A stretch of 45,132 bases of DNA, counting the filler, from Sphacelaria rigidula (taxonomy: Eukaryota): the NCBI GenBank assembly GCA_964200075.2. It is 2 parts of 2 records of this genome, joined end to end, with 100 filler letters (N's around TTAATTAATTAA, not from the genome) between each part and the next. Parts side by side here need not be neighbours in the genome. Positions count along the whole stretch, not along the records: positions 22,621 to 45,132 come from CAXNAA020000330.1; 1 more part is not named here. One strand, 5' to 3'. This document shows, piece by piece, positions 36,101-45,132 of the stretch; the first letter of the stretch is position 1, and every line of letters starts with the position of its first letter. Both the position numbers and the translations under genes were made by a program. The notes under the pieces were generated by a model that saw only the letters and a program-made list of their open reading frames with translations, was not told where the DNA came from and did not search any database.

Positions 36101-38616
36101 TACTTTCGTCAGACACGTTAAAACTTACTGCACGGTAGACCATCATCAGGATGCGACCAGGGCACACTCTGATTAAGTTGCTTGATTGCAGCGACCAGAG
36201 CGCGCTGCGTGAGTTGCTCACCTCACTGGGCCATGCGCCGATGAAGACGAAGATTTCTACACTCTCACTGTACGGATATCCCACGATGATTCAAAAAAGC
36301 GGCCGAACAAGTGTCTGCACTGTTGTCTGTACCATCTGCAATGCCTGGAATGTGTTGAGTTATCCACGAAACTTGACGCTCTGATCGAACTACTTACACA
36401 ACATTACTTGACGGAATGATTAGCAACAGCAGGGCATTTTGGAGGTGAACATCATTTTTCAATTTTCAAGATGTTAGTACTACCAGGCGCCAGCTCCCGA
36501 AGTACTGTACTAGAAATAAAGACAGCCAACGCATGTAGACACGTGAATGAATCAACCACTTCCACTATTTTGCTTGTCATCGCCCCACAAGCGCCTCACT
36601 ATGAGAAGCTCTGGAGATAGAAAACGGGAAGCCGCTGATCGCAGCATACGCACATGGCGTGTGAGCTGAGAACAGACAGCCGCACGAAAAAAAACACCAG
36701 GCCTCTGGTTAGTAGCTCATGGGCACAAACAGAATATAGAGCGGTTTAGAACTGTTCCTCCACCAGCAGCAACGCTGAGGCGCAACGCTGAGGCGCAACG
36801 CATAATCGTAGCTATACCGGGCCGAGGCAACCCTCTCACCACATTGAAGTCGCACGCAACACACACATCAAGACAAACCTCTATTTATACACTCGATTTC
36901 TCGTTCAACCGGTGGTAGGCGGTCGGCCCTCTCAGAATGCCACAACACGGGCTGGGGTGGGTGACTACTGGAACAAGAGGGTGACGAACCTAACAAAAAC
37001 CGCACCAATGTGCGATATGAGAAAGTTTCAAGAGAAGCAATATTTTTTTCACTCGCGGTCGTGGTCGGGTGAGCGTGAGCGGGTGATCATCGGTATAAAT
37101 GCTGCCCAGATGGTGGTCAGCAATGGACCTTGACCCTCCCTCCTCATTCACCACCCCCAACCTCCCACCCCCCCACCCCCCCACCCGTTCCGCCTCATAC
37201 CTGTTCAGCTCACGCTTCACGTGGCTCGTTCGAAAAGGGCACACAGACGGAGGGATACTATAACAAACCGGCCCCTCACGTCACGCGTGTGAGCCCGTGA
37301 TGAAGGGATTTAGCCGACGAACACTGACCTTTAGTGAGACCTACACGTATCGGTTATCTAATCCCTCGCTGATGAGCTTGATCGGCACTCCCAGTGTCTC
37401 TCCCTCCGCCTCTCCCCTTCTGATTCTCTAAGTCTTCCCTTCGCCCCGTCCGCTTCTCTCTTTTCCCAGCCGTCTCTGTCCCCCTGCCGTAAAAAAAAAA
37501 AGTGATTGTCGGATCTTTCTCGTAATGTTCCTCGGACTTTTGTTTTTTTTTCACCTCCTCCATGATGTTTGGTACCCCTGCTGTTGTGAACTGCGAACAA
37601 TGTTGTTCCCATCAATGAGTCTTTGATCAAGCTCAACAAGGGATAAAATCACAGGCAGGTTGCGCAAATTACCACCACAAACTTCAGCAGTGATACGCTG
37701 TACTGGGAGCGCATGTCCTGTACTCGCGTTGCAAGTACCACAGTAATGCGTACAGATCGGGACGGTGATAGAGCGCGAAAAAGATGGGATCTCGTGAATT
37801 TTCCACGATTACTCGACTGTTGTGTGTAGTCCCGACTGCGTTGAGTGTGATGAACCCAGGCAGGATCAAACGCTTATGCGAGAGACGAGAGGCACAGACC
37901 AAGGAGCCGCTGTGAAGTGCCCTCGCTCCGTCGACGTCCCGCTGATTTGTTGCGTTATGTGAAATCTCTCGAGAAAGGTGATGTTTGGCTAGCACAGCGC
38001 AGTTGTTCGTCTTCTATATCCGTGCTGTACCCGTTCGTTGTGTGCAGGATACGCAACAATCCACATCAAAGACAGTATAGTACAATAAAGGGAGTTCAGT
38101 ATGTTATTGGACAAAGCGAAGGCGAATTATGAATTATGGTTTTTGGAAGAAGCGGGGACAGTTTTCATTTTTCGCCTTCCGTCGTGTCAGGTGAAAAATG
38201 TTGGACATGAATAATCTCGTGATTTGTTGGCACAGCGTATGAACAACATCGCAAGGTCGTGCTCACCGGTACGGTCGTTATGAGGCCCCCACCTGCGTTT
38301 AAGGTCGACCGTTCGCCTTTGGTGCAATGAACAACGTCGTGCTTTCATGGACGCACCGTGGATGACATACAACACCGCAATATATGTGTTACTTAACTTT
38401 TTTCACCACCCAGACCTTGCCAGCTCACATGAAAAAAATAACGGGACTTTTTTTCGTATTTTGCCGCTCTAATTACTACAGGATTGTTGTCTGTGCCAGC
38501 GTGTGGCGTGTGATTCATCAGGCATCAGATTCGCAATTTATGGCGTCACATTTCTCGTTGTATCGAGTTACCTAGACGATGTACCATTATTATCAGATCA
38601 ATGCAGGCCCAGTCAG
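33185..38616 (+). CDS. Putative multi-exon gene D, unknown protein
   Basis: Phase-consistent core: 35357-35496, 35548-35664 (YKRLMDDVDPLTGRVGLALESASSFREKVQEMDDPPFS), 35920-36076, 36150-36269 (MRPGHTLIKLLDCSDQSALRELLTSLGHAPMKTKISTLS). Other exon-like segments at ~33185-33234, ~34233-34313, ~37860-37978 and ~38482-38616. It may continue to ~40.6 kb; ends undefined. Confidence 0.45.
34448..34622. repeat. Two-unit tandem duplication, ~89-bp period
   Basis: Units start at 34448 and 34537 and share TTGATGTGC(A/G)ACAAT(T/C)GGTCCATCGGTGAATG(T/C)ATCAGTCATA. Confidence 0.85.
36769..36801. repeat. 13-bp tandem repeat (GCAACGCTGAGGC) x2.5
   Basis: Read directly from the sequence. Confidence 0.85.
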
Positions 38617-38799
38617 GTGCCCATCCTACTTCTGGCATCTGACGTGCGTCATGTTCTCTATGTGTTGCTACACATCCACGCATGATACGGGTAAATGAAT
38701 ATTCCAGACTTGCATACACTGCCCAGATTCGTGAGCGATAAGTACAGCGCGGAAGAAATGGACATTTTTTTTCACAACTCCTGATACTAACACTGTGTA

Positions 38800-38821
38800 C
38801 TGCCACTACCACCACCACTAG

Positions 38822-38858
<37 letters not shown>

Positions 38859-38997
38859 ACTACCAACACCACTACTACTACTACTACTACTTATACTACT
38901 ACTACCACCACCACTACCACTACCGCTACCATTACCGCTACCACTACCACTACCACTACCACTACCACTACCACTACCACTACAACTACAACTACTA

Positions 38998-39029
<32 letters not shown>

Positions 39030-39074
39030 ACTGCTGCTGCTGCTGCTGCTGCTGTTGCTATTCTACAGCAGCAG
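38800..39074. repeat. Compound trinucleotide microsatellite (CTA/CCA/CTG)
   Basis: ~270 bp of alternating (CTA)n, (CTACCA)n and (CTG)n blocks. Confidence 0.95.
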
Positions 39075-41449
39075 CCCCAGCCAGAAGATGTGTATCTTCG
39101 TCATGCGATAAAGTTTCGGGGTATCTCCGCTCTGGATGTGCTTTGGGGCCATATCTGGGGGCGTGCCTTACATAACCCCCACTTAGTCCAGTTGAGACGA
39201 CGTTATCGACTATTAGAACGCATCAACCTACTATTAACAACTGTACTGCATTGCTTACATCTATACTGTTGTTGTACCGTGTGAATGATCATGTATCTTC
39301 TTGGTCTTCGTACTATACATGATGTTTCTTTGGCGTCGTTCCATTTATGTTGTCAAAAGACCGAACTCTGTTTTAGAAATGAATAAAAGAGGGCTCAAGC
39401 ACCTGAAAACGTGCATATTGTCATCATTATTATTAATACTCACGATTTCCCCCCTCCTTTTCCGAGCGGTCATGAACGGTTGAAATTCTTTCCGACTTCC
39501 CTGAAAAAAAAGTAGGGGTCACAAAATATGCGCCTCGTGCGCACATATTCGGGAGCGTTCCGGTTTGAGAAGAAAGGTGACATACTCGTACCAAAAGTCA
39601 ACGTCTCGAGAATCGAAGAATTGATCTGGTTTTCTCATAGCTATAGCCGAAAACATTGCCCCACGGACTGGGGTCCGAGCTATTATAGCCGAAAATCAAC
39701 ACCACGGGAGAAGGTGAGACTGGCTGAAATCCTCAGATTTGTAAAATACACGGTATGATGGGTCCCCATGTGAAACCAAAGGGTGATGGCGTTCCAGCAG
39801 CTAAAAATACCATACCCTACGTTGTGTATAGTGCTAAATTTTCGGGGATTGATGTTTTGTTTCCAGCACCGGTCAAGAAACAAACCTGCTCTCACATTTT
39901 TCGGAGAAGGTAGTGCCTGTCTGAGAATGTCGGAGATTTCGCGCGCGGGGGAGGGAATAGTAAACAAGGTTAACTTATTCGAGGGGTTCCGCCGCGCACG
40001 AAGACTCTTCCCTTGGTCTGGGATTCTGTGGCACGGAACAAGATGATGCTTGCGGCGGTTATCGCATTTTGGTCTCACCTACGTACGACGCTTCTCCTCT
40101 TAGTGATCACACGAATGCTGAAGACGCCCACCAAGACTTTAACCAAGGTGATTAGGAAAAAGCCGGTATCCTCACTGCCGCTCTTTCCATCATCAAGAAG
40201 GAGCAATCAAGTAGACTTTCCGCTCTTCGTTGGTGTTGACGGCAGGTGCGGCAAGATATGGTTGCTGGCCGTTCTACTGTATGTACTGCCACACCTATGT
40301 TCGTATTGATACATACGCATACCTCATGCCCATATGTACGTACATGATTATTAACGTCAAGACATCGTCATGGTGTCGTCTTGTCCCTTCCTAACGAGCA
40401 GGTCTGCTGATCGCTCACACCTACGTCTCAGATTGTGCCTCGCAGAGTGTTGCGCCTTAGAGATCAACGGCGCCTCCTCTCTGAAGGATATACCTGTACT
40501 GTATTATTGTATTATTATTTACGCATGTTTTACCATGAGTTGGGCCTCATTTTGCACGGCGTGTTATAGTTGGCGGCTCAGGTCAGTCAAACTCGCAACC
40601 CTTCGGCGGCGAGAGTGTGTCATCTGTTGAATCGGTATCAACTTCACTCAAACGTGTGCATGACCTAGCTGGACTACTACCGTCTCGGCCCAAGGGTTAA
40701 ACTGGCTACGCCAAGGGCCACTTAATCGATGTTTTTTCCTGTTCAAGTCGGCGAGGACTCGACGGCGAGCGGGGCGAAGCCGAGGGTCCACCCCCCCCCC
40801 CCCCCCTCTCCCTCTCCAGCCTCGGGGGGAGGGGGGCCCGCGGGAGCGCCGCCAGCACAAGAAAAATGCGAGATTCGGCGTTCCCCTTCAAAACTCGTGG
40901 ATATTGTCTGTAGTTGTAATAAATGTGAGCCCACACATTGAGGAGCTAAGAGGCTTCAATATAGCATTAGCATAATACCATCCAACGTGGTGAGCAATTC
41001 GAGCATCATTGATCCGTAGTATGCAGTAGCAAAGAATATCCATTTATGGAGCGCAGGATGGAAACAGGCAAGCCAAGTGAAGTTCTAACACTTGAAACGA
41101 CGGGTCCTAAGCACTTCAAATGGGTTCAGAACAATTCGCGGGCTATTGCTGTCCCTCTTTCGTTTCGGGTGATTCACTACATTCAATTGAAGACCTTATT
41201 GTGGAAGTCGAAACATAAGTGATTTTTTTGCATGGCACATACAACCTAATTGAAAACTTCAACGCGTTGATGATGTCTCCTGCGGAGGTTCAGGGATGAA
41301 AGTAGCCGCCGTCGGGGGTGGTACTACTGTTTTGTCTTGTCGCAAACGAATAGCGGTGCTCCTGGCTATCCTCGGGGTACGTAGTATGGATGTCGGGTTT
41401 TTTACTATACCTGTTATGTGTTCAGAAGTATCATGTAGGCTGCCCACAA

Positions 41450-42310
41450 AGGATCAACACGTCAAATAACACCGCCTCCCTGGAGAGGGTGTTCGGGGAG
41501 GGGAAGGGTGGTCTCGAATCAGGAAGTCAGATTTATACTTTTCAGTGATCATTCGCGTGTTCAGGGGCATCGCTATTTGTCTGTAGCAGGCGTTGACGGT
41601 GCACTATAACGCATGAGGATAGTTACAGAGGAGTTGGAACAACATCTTCCCCGGGGTATCTGTATCCTTGTGAAGAAAAAGTACGTGTATCCCTGGTTAG
41701 AGTAGGTTGTAGGCTGCCGTGTAGGATTTCTATGGGAACCGCGCACGTGTCTAGATTCGTCGTTGTTGTCCGGCCGCAAATGGCCCACACGTCAGATAAC
41801 ACCCCCTTCCCACTGAGATTGATCGGGGAGGGGATACGTTGATTTTATCCCCGAGGAGTGCGGGGGGGGCAGGGGTTCTCAAGCAGTGGTATGGCGTGAA
41901 TATGATCTCACCATCCTTCGTGCGTGTCTACGGGCATCGCCATTCGCGTGTAACATGGCCGGACGGTGCATGATGATCCAGCGCATATTTGGCGAGGGAA
42001 TGTCACGATGTCTTCCTCTTATTGTCTACAATTCCATTACGAAAAACGACATATATGAATATTAGGATCGATCATACGTTTTCTATTCTAACCGGTCATG
42101 TGTTCAGATTCATTCTTGTCCGGCCGCGAATGGATTAAACGTCGGATAACACCCTCCCCTTTCCGCTGAGATTGCACAGGGGGGGGATGCGTTGCTTTCA
42201 TCACCGGGAAAGGAAATGTGGAAAGAAAGGGTCATAAGGGAATGCTATGTAGCAGAAATGTTCTGACGACGCCCCCCACGTGTTCTGGAGCATCGCCATT
42301 CGTGAGTAAA
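41450..42310. repeat. Diverged three-unit tandem array, ~330-360 bp period
   Basis: Anchor ACGTC(A/G)(A/G)ATAACACC at ~41459, ~41789 and ~42139. Anchor CGTGT...GCATCGC(C/T)ATT at ~41567, ~41934 and ~42290. Units 2 and 3 also share TTGTCCGGCCGC(A/G)AATGG and CTGAGATTG. Confidence 0.75.
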
Positions 42311-43085
42311 TCCTCATGTAATTGGCGAAAACGGTAGACAACACCCACATCGTGTCTAGGGAGCGAATGGAGAACTATTATCCCAAGGTGGAGAGAAATA
42401 GGGGCGCGAGGAAAAATACTACATTGGTTCCTAGTATTGATGTGCTCGTGTGTTTAGGTGCATCGCAATTAGTGTGTAACAAGCCAAAGCGGAGGATACC
42501 GCCGAGTGACAATCGATTTGGGGGGGAGGGGGGGACGCGTTTACTTTAGTCTCCGGATAGGGGAATCTATTTTTATTTTACCATTTCCATATGCCAAGAA
42601 TCCCGATAAACTCCCACGTCATCCTAAAACAGTCATTTGCACGGTAAAGGCCAAAACGATGAATACCATATTAAATTCACGGTAGGAAGCACCCCCCCCA
42701 CCCCCGGACGGCTATTTTCTGTCCACTGTGTTACCATGTACCCCCCGCTCGAGTCCGACTTCACCCGTGTTGTTAGTAGTATATATTATTGTGCGCCGTC
42801 TGTCAAAAGTCGGATCCTTTACCCTTTTGGCACTGGCGATGGAAAAAGTGTGGATGTAGAGGTGCTGTGTGTTGAACGGCATATAGTCGAGTTTGTACAG
42901 TTCTCACACAAAACTATTAGACCAAGGTGTGTTTCAAAACCAAATAGAAATGTGTCCCAGTGCAGCACGGGGCTCAGTATATAGAAAATAGATAGATTGC
43001 ACCGAGTTTTGTGTACATAGAGTTTAGGCACGCAGGCGCTAATTTTGGCTCTGGAGTTGAGCACACTTGAGCAGTTGCGTTTGCT

Positions 43086-43350
43086 CATTGATTGATTGAT
43101 TGCCGCACTTTAACTGACCCCCCCAAGGGGTCCAGCCGTGGTCTCATAATAGACGTACCCAAGAAAGACGAAACTGAAACACGCTCTGAAGAAAAGAAGG
43201 AACAGAAAAAAAACAGAAGGGTCGAACAGAACGACATAGTATACTAGGTCATAACAAAAAAAATGTGATGAAGAAGGTCAACACTAGCACAGCACAGGAA
43301 GAAATGGCCGACCTAAAAAACAGAGAAGGAAAAGAACAGAAAAGTACCTC
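43086..43350 (-). mobile_element. LINE-like retroelement 3' end with (AATC)n tail, copy 3
   Basis: Minus-strand pyrimidine-rich tract, then GACCACGGCTGGACCCCTTGGGGGGTCAGTTAAAGTGCGGCAATCAATCAATCAATG. Confidence 0.65.
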
Positions 43351-45132
43351 ATTGGAGAGAGTTAATCCGACCGCGCAAGGGTGAACATTTTGGTGCGTGC
43401 ATGACGTATGCTGGTGGATTCTCTTGTGGCCTTCCGCCGTAAAAATGGTTGCCGGCGGTCTTTTCTGTTCTCATATTTTCTTCTTTGTCGGGGTTTAAAA
43501 TAATGAGGCGTCTGGCCCGGGGATGGAAGGGGAAGGTTCCTGGAGGGTTAATGGGTTCCTTAACGGATCGAACTCGAAACACTCAAAAACGTGGCCTGGA
43601 AGAGCGTCGAAGTGTCTCATACTCAAATTAATATAAACTATAGCCGGTAACTATGAAGTTCAAATAAACTGGACAATTGGCGTCCTCGTCGCCAGTTCCA
43701 GTTTAGCGCCAGTTCCAGACTAAACGACAATATTAACTGGTCCAGTACACAGCCCTGTCTATCAATTTGAGGTTGCTGGGTTGGATCTCGTTTCTAGGAG
43801 AGGCTGTCTATTGTTTTACTCTCGGAGTACAAATAATCCACGATGGCCTCCATCGCTCATCATCTAAGTAGTTCCTGCTCGTGTACATGTCGTGCTCCGG
43901 CGCTGAGCAGGGAGAGGAGGGGAAACGTGCGCAACGTGATGTCGATACGAGTTGAGCATCGCGGTTGGACACTGGGGCACGTCACGAGACTGGTGCCGCC
44001 ATACCCGCCCCATAAAATGACCGGTTTAAGGAGGCAACCTCTACTCGTAAATCAAATCGACAAATGACAAGCACACTGAGCAGCTGGGAACTCCCACACG
44101 CTTAGGATCGTTTTCGACAGCATCACCCATATGAGGCGCTTCGTGTAGTCTGGAACCAGCTATCGTGCGCTGTATGACTTTCTTCGTGGCAATTTTTGGG
44201 CTGGTTTGAGGGGGGGGGAGGGTACCGTCGCATCACTCACGGGTAGGTTAGACATGATACTTCGTAACGTACTCGTAAGGTGCCCAGTGTCCACCCGTGT
44301 ATCAACGGCGAGCCCCACTGTGCAGCTGGGTCCTCCCGTCCATCCTCGAGGCCTCACCTCAGCCACACGGTGCAGATCGCTGATGCACCAAAGTCCCGAT
44401 CTTCTTCTTCGGCGTGCCTTTTCCTATTGTGCATCCGAAAAATTTGGCCCTTTCAGGCGTCCTGACTTTTTCCCCACACAACGCGTGAGAAAACTCATAA
44501 CGCCGAAAAAACAACGGCCGGTTTCCCGAAGAGTTTGAATCGAGAGATATCCTCTGACACGTTAGTTTATCGGTCTGTGATCAGCTCGAGGTAGGAGGTG
44601 AAGCAAACCCATTATCGTTTCTCAGATGTATACCCCCACAACTACAACGATAGATAGAGGGCGTGCTGGTTCGCGCCGGGTGGCCTGCCGCCGGTTACCC
44701 ACGGCAGACAATGTGCAAGATGTTGGACCATTTTGAGCCCTCCTTACAATACCCCACCCCCCGCCGCAAAGCCTGGTCCGGAGACAACCCGGCGTGCTCC
44801 GTCCCGGCTCTGTAGGGGCGGTACCCCGATGGGGTTGGCGACGGTTGGCGATGACGCTGTAAAACACGCCACTCACTGTGTAAGCTTGGCAACCAGGTTA
44901 CCGTTTGTTTTCCGCGCTTGCGTTTTTTTTCCGGTAACAAGATGGTTGTCGAGCTAGATCATGTTGTGCGGCGTGGGAGAACCTCAACTTCGCACAGTGG
45001 GGATGATCGTACTACGTTGTGGGTCTATGGTGAGACACCCAGGAGGCAGTGTATAAGCCGTGACTGTCTCTGGAAGTGGTGATACCAGATAATGAAGCAA
45101 GTGATTGTAGGCTGTCATCCGAATGCAAGATA

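Noticed and set aside
499..38521. CTGATGA motifs checked as hammerhead ribozyme cores (for example 499, 5355 minus, 7923, 37369)
   Set aside because: None is followed by a stem II and GAAA in the required arrangement.
33045..42310. Direct repeats considered as CRISPR-like arrays
   Set aside because: Only 2-3 units, no constant repeat with unique spacers, no cas-like ORFs, and a eukaryotic context.

Overview
Eukaryotic nuclear DNA from a draft assembly, with N-gaps beside poly-G/poly-C tracts. The many short GT-AG exons, ACAGT/CTA microsatellites and the style of the SINE and MITE repeats suggest a brown alga or related stramenopile (inference). Almost none of the listed ORFs is a whole gene. 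By hand I find four intron-rich gene candidates arranged as two divergent pairs: A (minus, ~0.3-4.8 kb, weak), B (plus, ~8.1-18.8 kb, well supported; WW-like exon, Pro-rich exon, then ~590 aa of coiled coil over 15 phase-consistent exons), C (minus, ~23.4-32.7 kb) and D (plus, ~33.2-38.6 kb). None can be named. Introns and intergenic DNA hold non-autonomous elements: two hAT-type MITE families with 8-bp target duplications, a tRNA-derived SINE family (3 copies, two hit by MITEs), LINE-like 3' ends with (AATC)n tails, a ~410-bp foldback element, a small inverted-repeat element with telomere-like hexamers, and a ~340-bp-period diverged tandem array. I see no CRISPR array, rRNA, intact tRNA, intact transposase or reverse transcriptase, and no clear novel multi-gene system. 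The best leads are structural repeats and the orphan genes.
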